Source: Dehalococcoidia bacterium (GTDB lineage: Bacteria; Chloroflexota; Dehalococcoidia; Dehalococcoidales; E44-bin46). Taken from it: 51,183 nucleotides of DNA. The first letter of the stretch is position 1. Each line of letters opens with the position of its first letter. The notes under the pieces were generated by a model. That model made no database searches and had not been told where the DNA came from. It saw only the letters and a list, made by a program, of their open reading frames with translations. The stretch is taken from assembly GCA_030605575.1 (NCBI GenBank), contig JAUWIC010000071.1, positions 1 to 51,183 on the forward strand. The letters run 5' to 3'. Positions 10,180 through 19,905 of the stretch are shown in pieces. The translations under genes and the position numbers were made by a program.

Positions 10180-11739
10180 ATGCTCAAAAAGATTCCGGTT
10201 ATTGTTTTCATCGCTGCAATCCTGACGGTATTACCAATTCTAATCCCACCGTGTACGCCAGTCCATGCTGAAGAGTCCGAACCCGAATGCTGGGCTGTCA
10301 TGGTGGGCGTATCACATTATAAGAGCCCGAAAATAGGGGATGCCCCGGGTTGTGCTGAGGATGCCGGGGAGCTTTTTCAACTGTTGTCTCCTACCTGGGG
10401 TGACGAGCACATTAAACTACTGCTAGATAGCGAGGCGTCTAAATCGGATATTCAAGCAGCTGTGGATTGGCTGGTATCCAACGAGGATGCCAATGATACT
10501 GTCCTCTTCTATTTCTCGGGGCATGGTGACCCTGACGGATACTTAGCTCCCTACAATGCATACTATGCAAGGACTTGGATATCCTCTCGTGAGCTAAGTA
10601 GATGGTTGAGCCCACTGGAGTCGAAGAGAGTCGTCATTATTCTGGATACCTGTTATGCCGGCCAATACGAAACGGATCTTAGCGGTAGTGGACGAGTAGT
10701 CCTAATGTCCTCTCGCGCAGACGAATTATCCTACTCTGGGAGCGATGGTGGTGTTTTCACTGTTTATCTTCTCGAAGCCCTTAGTGAATTCAGTATTGCT
10801 GATGCTAACCGTGATTATGAGCTCTCGGCTGAAGAATTGTTCCAATATGCCGAGCCTGAAACCGTATGGGAGAATACCGATATCTATGTCGATGATGAAT
10901 TTCAAGAAGGAGAGATGCAGCATCCAGTAATGTCCGACCAATATTCTGACGAGCTTAGCTTGCTCATCAAATTCATCTTCAACACTGAACCTAGCTTGCC
11001 GCCTGGTAACGAAATCCTGGTCCTGGACAATAAGACATATTCATCAACCCCGCCTGAATTCACCTGGGCACCGGACTTGGTCCACGACCTTACCATCCTT
11101 TCCTTGCTGGATACCGGGAGTGGCACCAGATATGTCTTTACTTCATGGAATGATGGAGATACATCAGTTTCAAGAACAATTTCACATGGAGGAGTTTACA
11201 CGGCAAACTACAAGACGCAACATGAGTTGACCATTGAATCAGCCTATAGTGTGCCTGAGGGACGAGGGTGGTATGATGCCGGCTCAACCGCCACCATCTC
11301 AGTGGCATCTATTGAAGAACCAACAACCAGGCATATTTTCACCGGATGGGGTGGAGACTACTCTGGGGATACAGAAATAGCCTCGGTAACTATGGATTCG
11401 CCGAAGGCAATCACCGCCAACTGGCGGACTGATTACCTGCTGACCATTGAATCAACTTATGGTGAGCCTGAGGGAGAAGGGTGGTATGAGTCAGGTTCAG
11501 CTGTTACCATCTCGGTAACCCCAAGTGAAGGAATGCTAATCAGGCATATTTTCACCGGGTGGAGTGGAGACTACTCTGGGGATACAGAAGTAGCCTCGGT
11601 AACCATTGATTCGCCGAAGGCAATTACCGCCAACTGGCGAACCGACCACACACGGCTCTATATGCTCATAGGGATAATAGTTTTAATTGCCGCCATTAGC
11701 GGGGGTTTACGTATGCGCCGGAGAAAGCAGGTTGTGTAA
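10180..11739 (+). CDS. secreted/membrane-anchored caspase-family (peptidase C14) protein with three C-terminal B-repeat-like modules
   Basis: The start is moved to ATG 10180 (GAGAGGAGGA upstream), giving the signal-like peptide MLKKIPVIVFIAAILTVLPIL. The His/Cys dyad context is FYFSGHGD and IILDTCYAG. There are 71-aa tandem repeats and a C-terminal TM helix plus RRRK. Confidence 0.8.
   Translation: MLKKIPVIVFIAAILTVLPILIPPCTPVHAEESEPECWAVMVGVSHYKSPKIGDAPGCAEDAGELFQLLSPTWGDEHIKLLLDSEASKSDIQAAVDWLVSNEDANDTVLFYFSGHGDPDGYLAPYNAYYARTWISSRELSRWLSPLESKRVVIILDTCYAGQYETDLSGSGRVVLMSSRADELSYSGSDGGVFTVYLLEALSEFSIADANRDYELSAEELFQYAEPETVWENTDIYVDDEFQEGEMQHPVMSDQYSDELSLLIKFIFNTEPSLPPGNEILVLDNKTYSSTPPEFTWAPDLVHDLTILSLLDTGSGTRYVFTSWNDGDTSVSRTISHGGVYTANYKTQHELTIESAYSVPEGRGWYDAGSTATISVASIEEPTTRHIFTGWGGDYSGDTEIASVTMDSPKAITANWRTDYLLTIESTYGEPEGEGWYESGSAVTISVTPSEGMLIRHIFTGWSGDYSGDTEVASVTIDSPKAITANWRTDHTRLYMLIGIIVLIAAISGGLRMRRRKQVV
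11221..11646 (+). repeat. two tandem 213-nt (71-codon) repeats inside the caspase-family gene
   Basis: 11328-11432 and 11541-11645 are nearly identical at the nucleotide level (caggcatattttcaccgg.tgg.gtggagactactctggggatacagaa...). A third, more diverged unit lies upstream. Confidence 0.9.
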
Positions 11740-11777
11740 GACTCGTCGGTAACTGTCGGCGCAGGCTGTAGTTGTTA

Positions 11778-13214
11778 TCACTCCAGGTAATCTTTTAATC
11801 TTCGGCTTCGGCTGGGATGGCGTAGCTTGCGAAGTGCTTTAGCCTCAATTTGGCGGATTCGCTCTCTGGTTACATTAAACTCCCGTCCCACTTCCTCTAA
11901 GGTGCGGCTTCGTCCGTCCTCAAGACCAAATCTAAGTTGAAGCACTCGCTGCTCACGGGGGGTAAGGGTGGACAGCACATCATCGATTTGCTCCTTAAGC
12001 AGTTGCCTGGAGGCGGCATCGGGGGGTGGCAGAGCATTGCGGTCTTCGATAAAGTCACCTAAATGGCTGTCCTCCTCCTCACCTATAGGTGACTCCAGCG
12101 ATATTGGTAACTGGGCAACCTTGGCTATCTCCCGGACCTTTTCCGGGGGCATTTCCATCCCCTCACCAATTTCTTTAGGGGTAGGCTCGCGCCCATATTC
12201 CTGAGCCAGGCGGCGGCTTACTCGTAGTAGTTTGTTAATGGTCTCAATCATATGCACCGGGACGCGAATAGTACGGGCCTGGTCAGCTATAGCTCGAGTA
12301 ATAGCTTGACGAATCCACCACGTGGCATAGGTGCTGAATTTATAGCCTCGGCGATAATCAAATTTCTCCACGGCTTTGATTAGTCCGATGTTACCCTCCT
12401 GAATGAGGTCAAGGAGCGACATACCTCGTCCAATATGTTTCTTGGCCACGCTGACTACCAAACGCAGGTTGGCTCTGGTAAGGTGGCTTTCTGATTTTCT
12501 AGCCTCGCGCTCAATATACTCTAGGTAAGCTTTGAGTTGCTTCTCGTAAGCCTGAATGGAATTAACAAACTTAGACTTTGTCACCAGCTTCTCTATGTCG
12601 GCTGGAGAGGTGTTATCTCCGATAACATTAAGGACTTCCTTTGGTAGCAGGTTGCTGTTTAACGCCATATTAATAATAATTTGCTCTGTTTCAGGTAGGG
12701 ACTTATCTAGCCGGTAAGCAGCGGCCTGGATTAGTCGTTGATTTACTTCACCATCAATACTAGCTCGCAATTTAGCATTGAAGATAGTCTCTATAAAGCT
12801 GGCGGTAGGTGGTAAATTAAGTTGTTTTTGTATGAGATGGATGATGGGAGCCGCTTGCCCTAGCTCCTTGAGCATAGTAAGTACTGTCTCAGTGTCTGAC
12901 GGCTCCCTGCCATATTGCTGTAGGTAGTCTTGTTTAATTTCAGTGATGCGTTTGCCGGCTTCTATCTTTTTGGCTAACAGCTGTTCATCACTAGCGGTGA
13001 GAAGGGGGACCCTACCAATTTCGTGAAGGTATATACGAACCGGGTCATCTACTATCTCTTGCTCCCCCAGTTGGGCTAGCGGTATTTCTAACTCGTGGAC
13101 TTCGGGGGGACGAAACTCAGTGTTTAGCCCTTGATGTGTAGTTGTAGGCACTTCTTCCTCATTCTCATTTTGGAGTGGAAACTGTGTAGATTTCCCGTTG
13201 TTTTCTGAGGTCAT
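11778..13214 (-). CDS. rpoD: RNA polymerase primary sigma factor
   Basis: Regions 1.2-4 are recognisable: [48 protein letters not shown] and [27 protein letters not shown]. Confidence 0.95.
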   Translation of the reverse strand: MTSENNGKSTQFPLQNENEEEVPTTTHQGLNTEFRPPEVHELEIPLAQLGEQEIVDDPVRIYLHEIGRVPLLTASDEQLLAKKIEAGKRITEIKQDYLQQYGREPSDTETVLTMLKELGQAAPIIHLIQKQLNLPPTASFIETIFNAKLRASIDGEVNQRLIQAAAYRLDKSLPETEQIIINMALNSNLLPKEVLNVIGDNTSPADIEKLVTKSKFVNSIQAYEKQLKAYLEYIEREARKSESHLTRANLRLVVSVAKKHIGRGMSLLDLIQEGNIGLIKAVEKFDYRRGYKFSTYATWWIRQAITRAIADQARTIRVPVHMIETINKLLRVSRRLAQEYGREPTPKEIGEGMEMPPEKVREIAKVAQLPISLESPIGEEEDSHLGDFIEDRNALPPPDAASRQLLKEQIDDVLSTLTPREQRVLQLRFGLEDGRSRTLEEVGREFNVTRERIRQIEAKALRKLRHPSRSRRLKDYLE

Positions 13215-14998
13215 TTCTCAGCTCCTTTGCTCCTGACCCTCCGACTTTTTTGAGTAAAAACCTCTCCTAGTTGAAGGCTAACTTCTATTCCTTGCTCCTC
13301 AAGCTTAGCCAGCTCAGCGGCAGTACCGCCTAGCTCGGCTTCTAGAGCTAATGCTGCCTCTCTTTTAGTCGCTAAACTGCGGAGAAATCCTTCTCGGAGG
13401 CGGAGGACAGCATCGGCACATTTCTCCTCTATTTGGTTAGGGGGTAAGCTCTTGGTTAATAGGTAATCCAGATGCTCCCCAATTGCCGGGTCAAGCTCAG
13501 CCTTAAGCGATGATAGGTCGCTGGCTTGCTGCCAGGCAACAAATATTTCGCGGTTTTCGCTATTCTGGAAATATTCAGGCGAGGGATGCTGGCTTAAAGC
13601 TTTAAGCTCAGGGTGCTGGAGGAGCAAAGCCAGGCAGTATTCTTCAAGGGGACTGGAGAAAACTGGACGCAGAGCCTGGGCAACGGCTTCTGGCTTGGGC
13701 TCTTCAGCTCGGTATCTACCCTGGCTTGGTTTAATTTTTGGTAAAGCAGCCTCTAGCTTGCGTTCAGTGACGTTGACCAGGCGAGCCAGTTTCTGTAAAT
13801 AATGAGCTTGGCGCACGGTGTCCTTTATCTCAGCGATAATGGGTAGCAGCTTGTCTACGGCTAAAGTCTTATCCTTGGCTGTGGTCAGGTCAAGGTTAGC
13901 GGTAACCATATTGGAGGTGTAATCTACTATAGGTAAAGCCTCTTCCAGCAGTTTTTGCCAAATTTTAGCATCTTCTTTGATAACATCATCCGGGTCTTTG
14001 CCTTCGGGCAGGATGATAACCTTCACCTCAGCATCCAGGGTATTTTCATAGCCTACACCCCGGAGCATGGCTTCCTCGCCTGCAGCATCGGCATCCAGGG
14101 CTAGAGCCATATTTTTGGTTAGCCTTTTTACCGCACTGACCTGCCTCTCGGTAACTGCGGTGCCCATAGAAGCGACCACATTGTTGAAGCCATTCTGGTG
14201 GGCGGTGATAACATCCATATAGCCCTCTACAATCACTGCCATATTTTGCTGCCTGATAGCTGCTGTTGCCAGGTTTATACCATATAGACTGCCGCTTTTA
14301 TCAAAGACTGGCGTCTGGGACGAGTTGAGATATTTAGGTAGTGAATCGTCAAGGGCTCTTGCCCCAAAACCGGTAATGTGTCCTCTGACATCAGATATCG
14401 GAAACATCAGCCGATTGCGAAATCGGTCATGGCTTCCTCCCCCTTCTCCCTCTATTATGAGGCCGGCGGTTAATAGTTCACCCTCGGTATAGCCCCTCTC
14501 CATCAGATATTGCTTTAGCGCTTCCCAGCTATTGGGACTGAAGCCCAGTTGAAAGCTGGTGATGGTCTCCGGTGATAACCCCCGGCTGGCAACGTAACTG
14601 CGTGCTTTTTCTCCAGCCTGAGAACTCACGAGCAGATTATGGAAGTATTGGGCTGCAGCCTCATTAACTTGATATAGCCTTTCCTTCTCCTCTTTCTTGG
14701 CGCTCGGCTCAGACCTTGAGGGTAGGCTAACCCCTGCCCTCTGGGCCATAAGACGCAGCGCTTCCCCGAAGTCAATGCCCTCTTTTTTCATTATGAAGGA
14801 GAAGACATCACCGCCGGTGTTACAGGCACCGAAGCAGTGCCAGCTCTGCCGCTCAGGATAGACGAAGAATGAGGGGTGCTTTTCGCTGTGGAACGGACAC
14901 AGCCCCCTGAAGGTTCGCCCCGATTTGGTCAGTTTAACGTACTGGCTGACAACCTCTACAACGTCAATTCTCTGCTTTATCTCGTCAATAACACTCAT
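13211..14998 (-). CDS. dnaG: DNA primase
   Basis: Zinc-binding [11 protein letters not shown]...CFGC and a TOPRIM domain ([10 protein letters not shown]...DADAAGEEA). ATG 14998 gives the typical [17 protein letters not shown]-terminus. Overlaps rpoD by 4 nt. Confidence 0.93.
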   Translation of the reverse strand: MSVIDEIKQRIDVVEVVSQYVKLTKSGRTFRGLCPFHSEKHPSFFVYPERQSWHCFGACNTGGDVFSFIMKKEGIDFGEALRLMAQRAGVSLPSRSEPSAKKEEKERLYQVNEAAAQYFHNLLVSSQAGEKARSYVASRGLSPETITSFQLGFSPNSWEALKQYLMERGYTEGELLTAGLIIEGEGGGSHDRFRNRLMFPISDVRGHITGFGARALDDSLPKYLNSSQTPVFDKSGSLYGINLATAAIRQQNMAVIVEGYMDVITAHQNGFNNVVASMGTAVTERQVSAVKRLTKNMALALDADAAGEEAMLRGVGYENTLDAEVKVIILPEGKDPDDVIKEDAKIWQKLLEEALPIVDYTSNMVTANLDLTTAKDKTLAVDKLLPIIAEIKDTVRQAHYLQKLARLVNVTERKLEAALPKIKPSQGRYRAEEPKPEAVAQALRPVFSSPLEEYCLALLLQHPELKALSQHPSPEYFQNSENREIFVAWQQASDLSSLKAELDPAIGEHLDYLLTKSLPPNQIEEKCADAVLRLREGFLRSLATKREAALALEAELGGTAAELAKLEEQGIEVSLQLGEVFTQKSRRVRSKGAEK

Positions 14999-15047
14999 GT
15001 TATTACTTTGTAACCCTATCCCCTTCACCCCACCTTATAAACAAGCT

Positions 15048-16103
15048 CTATCTAGCCTTGCTTTTGGTTAATGCCAGCTCTTCAGCTATTCTTAGGGCAT
15101 ACTGGTCGGTCATGCCGGCGATATAGTCCACTACCCTCTGTTCTGTCTCATCACTGTGAAGACAATACTCCGAGGGCAGCTTGTCTTCGTGCTCATTGAA
15201 GTATCTATATAATAGGCGAATCACTTCCCTGGCTTTTTCCGTTTCCTGCTGGACTGCTTGCAGGTTGTATACCCGGTCAAAAAGAAATTTACGCAGGGTA
15301 TTGGTTGCCTCCAGAATCTGAGGGCTCATTCCTATCTTTGTGCTGTCGGTAGTATCACGACCACTGGCTGCCCACGAGTAGCCGATAATATCACAGACCA
15401 TAGTATTGATGCGCTGCGAGTGGGAGAGACCTAATACCTTAACCGCTGGCAGTGGCAAATCGCCCTCAGTGATGATGTCAGCCCTTATGGCGTCACCGAT
15501 ATCGTGGTTGATATAGGCTACGGTATCGGCAATTTTACATACCTCACCTTCCAGGGTATTTACCTTTCCCCAGTCTTGTCCCAGGATATCTATCCTTGTC
15601 TTAGAGTGATTAACAATACCGTCTCTCACCTCCCAGGTAAGATTGAGCCCGTAACCATTATTTTCTAAAAGGTCAACAACCCGCAGGGATTGCTCATTAT
15701 GCCTGAATCCCTGGTGGTAGAGCTCATTTAAAACATCCTCCCCCACATGACCGAACGGAGTATGCCCCAGGTCATGACCCAGGGCGATTGCCTCAGTCAG
15801 GTCTTCATTGAGGTTTAGGGCTCGGGCTATGGTGCGAGCTATTTGAGAGACCTCCAGGGTGTGGGTGAGTCGGGTTACATAATGGTCACCTAAGGGGGCA
15901 ATGAAAACCTGTGTTTTATGCTTGAGGCGGCGAAAAGCCTTGCAATGGATGATGCGGTCTCGGTCACGCTGGAAGGCGGTGCGTACCTGACAGGGCTCTT
16001 CGGGCTTAAGCCTGCCCCGCGACAATCTGCTTTTGGTGGCGTACGGTGAGAGGCTTTCTTCCTTTTCTTCAGCTAGCTGGCGAATATTAAGCTGATTAAT
16101 CAT
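15048..16103 (-). CDS. dgt: dGTPase-like HD-domain triphosphohydrolase
   Basis: RTAFQRDRDRIIHCKAFRRLKHKTQVF, HTLEVSQIARTIA and GHDLGHTPFGH. Confidence 0.85.
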   Translation of the reverse strand: MINQLNIRQLAEEKEESLSPYATKSRLSRGRLKPEEPCQVRTAFQRDRDRIIHCKAFRRLKHKTQVFIAPLGDHYVTRLTHTLEVSQIARTIARALNLNEDLTEAIALGHDLGHTPFGHVGEDVLNELYHQGFRHNEQSLRVVDLLENNGYGLNLTWEVRDGIVNHSKTRIDILGQDWGKVNTLEGEVCKIADTVAYINHDIGDAIRADIITEGDLPLPAVKVLGLSHSQRINTMVCDIIGYSWAASGRDTTDSTKIGMSPQILEATNTLRKFLFDRVYNLQAVQQETEKAREVIRLLYRYFNEHEDKLPSEYCLHSDETEQRVVDYIAGMTDQYALRIAEELALTKSKAR

Positions 16104-18360
16104 TAAGTTTCAATTTCTCTTCTACTTTAGCAATTATTTCTCTGGTCTGGTCAATCATATCCGGGCTGACTGAAACTGAGGTAATACCCCACCCCACCAG
16201 CTTTTCCGTAAGTTCAGGGTAGACTGAGGGTGCCTGCCCGCAGATAGAGGAGGTGACCCCCATGCTCTTGGATACCTTGACAAGCCGTTCCAGAGCTATC
16301 ATCACGGCTTCATTTCGCTCATCAAAGGTATCGGCTAATTTTTCGCTGTCCCTATCAATGCCCAGGATGAGCTGGGTTAGGTCATTTGAGCCGATGGATA
16401 TGCCATCAATACCAACCTCAAGGAACTTTTCCAGGAGAATGAAATTAGACGGTACCTCAGCCATCATCCATAGTTTGAAATCTTTAGCGCGCTTTAGCCC
16501 CTCTGACTCCATAATTTTTACCGTTCTAGCCAGCTCGTCAACGGTTCGGACGAAAGGAATCATCACCCAGAGGTTGGGATATTTCTGCCTCACTTTCTTA
16601 ATAGCTTCTAATTCCAGCTTGAACACCTCAATGTCAGTAATGTACCGGGAAGCACCCCGGTAGCCAAGCATGGGGTTCTCTTCAACAGCTTCGTACTGTT
16701 CCCCACCTTTGAGCGCTCGGTACTCATTGGTCTTGAAGTCATTGGTTCTATAGACTACGGGTCGGGGGGTGAATGCCTTGGCGAATATAGTTAACCCTTT
16801 GGCAAGCTTATCGACAAACTCCTGCCCTCGGTTTTGGCTAATCATGTAGTTGGGGTGCTCACCAATCCCGGCAATAATGAACTCGGCTCGAAGTAACCCC
16901 ACTCCGTCGACATCACGAGCCGCCACTCTATCAGCCGCTTCGGGTTCAGCCAAGTTTACATAGACTCTCGTCTTCGTCTTAATCTTTTTCTTGGGTATAG
17001 CCGCCGGCAGAGCCGCTTTTTCCTCGGCTACTTTCCCTTCGTAGACCTTGCCCGTTGAGCCGTCTACGGTAATTACCTGTCTATTTTTTAGGGAAGAGGT
17101 GGCTTGCTCGGTGCCAACCACACAGGGTATGCCTAACTCACGGCTGATGATAGCGGCGTGGGCGGTTCTACCCCCGCGGTCGGTAACGATAGCTACCGCC
17201 CGTTTCATTGCCGGCACAAAGTCAGGGGTAGTCATTTTCGTCACCAGGATATCCCCGGTTTTTACCTTGTCTATAAGCGAGGCTTCAAGTACTATTCTGA
17301 CCGGTCCCGAAGCTATACCAGGGCTGGCCGGTGCCCCCGATAGAAGCACCGGGGCGGTAATTTCAGGCGTAACCTCAACGGCTGCCCCTTCCTTTATCGT
17401 GGTTACCGGGCGGGTTTGGACGATAAAGATTTTCTTATCTTCTTTGGCCCATTCTATATCTTGAGGGAATTGATATAAATCCTCGATGTATTTTCCCAGC
17501 TTGGCCAGAGCAATTATGTCATCATCGGCTAACTTTTGCTGAGTTTGAAGTGCCGGTGGGAGAGACACCTTAATATTAGGTTGCTTATCATCGCCAGTTG
17601 TATTCCGTATTATTTGCCATTCTTGTTTGCCAATTTGCTTACTGGTAATCCGTAACCCATCTTTATCCACAATATAGGTATCAGGGGTAACATAGCCTGA
17701 GACAATGGCTTCGCCCAGCCCAAAGCCGGCTTCAATAGCTATCTTGCTGGTATCATTAGACACCGGCTCTAAAGTAAACATAACCCCGGAAGTCTCAGAT
17801 TGCACCATTCTCTGAACCGGGACGGCGATGCCCACTTCAAGGTGGTCAAAACCCTGTTGTTCCCTGTAGAAAATGGCTCGTGGGCCGAAGAGGGATGCCC
17901 AGCACTCTTGAACAGCAGCTGTCACCTTCTTCTCACCCTGGACATTAAGAGAGGTGGTTTGCTGCCCGGCAAAGGAAGCTGTAGGCAGGTCTTCGGCAGT
18001 AGATGAGGAGCGCACCGCAACCAGGCCTCTACCCATTTTTATATAAGCCTCTTGAATCTCCTTAGCTAGTTCCGGAGGCATAGTAGCATTTAGGATTATA
18101 TCTTTAACCTTATTAGCCACTTGCTGAAGTCGTTTACTATCATCAATGTCTAGAGACTCTAAAAGTTTACCAATTTTATTGGCGATTTTTGACCTTTGCA
18201 GAAAATCGTAATAGGCATTAGCGGTTACAATGAAGCCGGGGGGGACGGGTATTTTGGCGTTGGTCATTTCACCTAGATTGGCTCCTTTACCACCGGCAAG
18301 GGGGATATCCTTTTTGGTGACTTCTTTGAACCAAACAATAGCCTTTGGACCTTCGCCCAT
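16096..18360 (-). CDS. ppsA: phosphoenolpyruvate synthase (pyruvate, water dikinase)
   Basis: PEP/pyruvate-binding N-domain, phospho-His motif GGRTAHAAIISRELGIPCVVG and a C-terminal PEP-utilising domain (GSNDLTQ). The stop overlaps the dgt start by 8 nt. Confidence 0.9.
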   Translation of the reverse strand: MGEGPKAIVWFKEVTKKDIPLAGGKGANLGEMTNAKIPVPPGFIVTANAYYDFLQRSKIANKIGKLLESLDIDDSKRLQQVANKVKDIILNATMPPELAKEIQEAYIKMGRGLVAVRSSSTAEDLPTASFAGQQTTSLNVQGEKKVTAAVQECWASLFGPRAIFYREQQGFDHLEVGIAVPVQRMVQSETSGVMFTLEPVSNDTSKIAIEAGFGLGEAIVSGYVTPDTYIVDKDGLRITSKQIGKQEWQIIRNTTGDDKQPNIKVSLPPALQTQQKLADDDIIALAKLGKYIEDLYQFPQDIEWAKEDKKIFIVQTRPVTTIKEGAAVEVTPEITAPVLLSGAPASPGIASGPVRIVLEASLIDKVKTGDILVTKMTTPDFVPAMKRAVAIVTDRGGRTAHAAIISRELGIPCVVGTEQATSSLKNRQVITVDGSTGKVYEGKVAEEKAALPAAIPKKKIKTKTRVYVNLAEPEAADRVAARDVDGVGLLRAEFIIAGIGEHPNYMISQNRGQEFVDKLAKGLTIFAKAFTPRPVVYRTNDFKTNEYRALKGGEQYEAVEENPMLGYRGASRYITDIEVFKLELEAIKKVRQKYPNLWVMIPFVRTVDELARTVKIMESEGLKRAKDFKLWMMAEVPSNFILLEKFLEVGIDGISIGSNDLTQLILGIDRDSEKLADTFDERNEAVMIALERLVKVSKSMGVTSSICGQAPSVYPELTEKLVGWGITSVSVSPDMIDQTREIIAKVEEKLKLND

Positions 18361-18489
18361 AGTTGACCTCCTTTTCGGTGAAGGTGAGAAATTCTTGTCT
18401 TTGTTAATTATACCATAATAGAGTAGTTTAGCTGAATGTTATTAGATATTGTTTTAAACTCCATCTCCTATTAAGATTGTTTAGCAACC

Positions 18490-18745
18490 TATCCCTTATA
18501 TAATCGATTCCCCTTCCCCTTGTAGAAGTACACAATTGGCAACAAGTTTGGTAATCAATAGGGGGTTTAAGGGGCGAAGCCCCTTCAAAACCTATTCTTC
18601 CCCCTCCCTTACAAGGGAGGGGGATAAAGGGGGTAGGTTGCTAAGGAAATATAAAGGGGATAGGGTTACCAATAAAAATCTAAAGCGGGTTCCCAGGAAA
18701 AGCGAAGATTTTTCTGGGTGCTTAAAGGGGGTGAGGTTGACCAGT
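18490..18745. repeat. composite array of GC-rich hairpin repeats (types A, C and D)
   Basis: CCCCTTCCCCTT half-site at about 18511. GGTTTAAGGGGC-GAA-GCCCCTTCAAAACC at about 18563-18592. CCCCCTCCCTT-ACA-AGGGAGGGGG at about 18601-18625. The 58-nt unit 18681-18738 recurs at 28154-28211. Confidence 0.8.
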
Positions 18746-18847
18746 TGGGAAATCTAACCGGGTTGGTAAACAATCTCTCCTGTTTCTGGTTGACAGTAGT
18801 AGTAATGAGGAGTAGAATTAAATATGCTAGGCTGACAAATAGGGGGT

Positions 18848-19411
18848 GTGGCTATGATAGAGATGACCATTGATAGTATCCGGGTTAGTCTGATGAACTA
18901 TCAACGGGTGGTAATTCTAAAAGAGAAAGAGGCAGAGCGCTATCTGCCTATCTGGATTGGTCCCGCTGAGGCCGATGCCATAGCGGTAAAACTGCAGGGC
19001 GTTACCGTGCCCCGACCTTTGACTCATGACTTGTTACAATCGGTAATTGATAGCTTGGGAGCTACTGTCAGCTCTATCATCGTCAGCGACCTTAGAAACG
19101 ATACCTTTTATGCCAAGATTATTCTTAATGTAGATAGTGAGGTAATGGAAGTTGACTCCCGTCCCAGTGATGCTCTTGCCCTGGCGGTAAGGGTGGAGGT
19201 GCCTATCTATGCCGAGGAGGCAGTTTTAGATAAAGCCGGTATCATCCTGGACAAGGAGACGGGCAAGCCTATTCCGCGAGAAAAAGAGGCAGGAAAGGCT
19301 GAGGGCAAGGGTAAAGAGGTTAGTGAAGAAGAATTAAAGCGGATGTCGGCTTTCTACGATTTCATTAATACCCTTGATTTAGACGACTTTGATAAGAAGC
19401 GTAAATCTTAA
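18848..19411 (+). CDS. bifunctional nuclease family protein (DUF151)
   Basis: RVVILKEKEAERYLPIWIGPAEADAIAVKLQGVTVPRPLTHDLL is the family hallmark. The start is GTG 18848 or ATG 18854, behind AGGGGG. Confidence 0.8.
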   Translation: MAMIEMTIDSIRVSLMNYQRVVILKEKEAERYLPIWIGPAEADAIAVKLQGVTVPRPLTHDLLQSVIDSLGATVSSIIVSDLRNDTFYAKIILNVDSEVMEVDSRPSDALALAVRVEVPIYAEEAVLDKAGIILDKETGKPIPREKEAGKAEGKGKEVSEEELKRMSAFYDFINTLDLDDFDKKRKS

Positions 19412-19441
19412 GCTAGACTTTTAATATTGGAGGCTGGATTG

Positions 19442-19768
19442 GTGGAGGAGCGTCTTATTAAAAGGTTAATGGCGGTAATAAAGTGTCGTGTTTGTGGGCG
19501 TCACTATGAGGTAGATAATGTTAACATCCTTAGCCATGACCAAGATTTATGGTTTTTGAGTGCAATTTGTCCCGCTTGTCGTACTCGGTGTTTAATAGCA
19601 GCCATAGTTAAGGAGGGTAGGGTGCCTGAGGTTATTACTGACCTCACTGAGGCAGAGCTAGATAGGTTCAGGAATGCGGCTAAGCTAACTGCCGATGATG
19701 TGCTAGATATGCACAATTTCTTAGACAATTTTGCTGGAGACTTCTCTCGGCTTTTCAGTCAAAATTAG
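19442..19768 (+). CDS. hypothetical zinc-ribbon protein
   Basis: CRVCG...CPACRTRC. GGAGG at 19429-19433 favours GTG 19442 over the ORF-track TTG 19427. Confidence 0.55.
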   Translation: MEERLIKRLMAVIKCRVCGRHYEVDNVNILSHDQDLWFLSAICPACRTRCLIAAIVKEGRVPEVITDLTEAELDRFRNAAKLTADDVLDMHNFLDNFAGDFSRLFSQN

Positions 19769-19836
19769 GCTTAGTCTAGTAAGAACTGGAAACATTACAA
19801 AAATTGTTATTGCCCCAATTTTGTGAATCGAAAAAT

Positions 19837-19877
19837 AAAGAACCCTAGAGCTAAAAGCCCTAGGGTTCTTTATTATT
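19837..19877 (+). terminator. intrinsic terminator-like hairpin
   Basis: Perfect 12-bp stem AAAGAACCCTAG / CTAGGGTTCTTT (19837-19848 / 19860-19871), followed by ATTATT. Confidence 0.6.
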
Positions 19878-19905
19878 GGTTAAGGCGTTTATAGGGGTAG
19901 TTCTT

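Noticed and set aside
10008-10301. 97-aa minus-strand ORF upstream of sbcC that might have been a remnant of sbcD
   Set aside because: The translation shows no Mre11/SbcD phosphoesterase motifs (no DxH, GDxxD or GNHD). It overlaps the SD-supported start of the caspase-family gene on the other strand.
16253-17464. 136-aa and 138-aa + strand ORFs
   Set aside because: They are antisense shadows inside the well-supported ppsA gene.
18536-18757. 73-aa ORF in the 18.5-kb spacer
   Set aside because: It lies entirely within the GC-rich hairpin repeat array. The Gly/Lys/Arg-rich low-complexity translation is a by-product of the repeats, and there is no SD.
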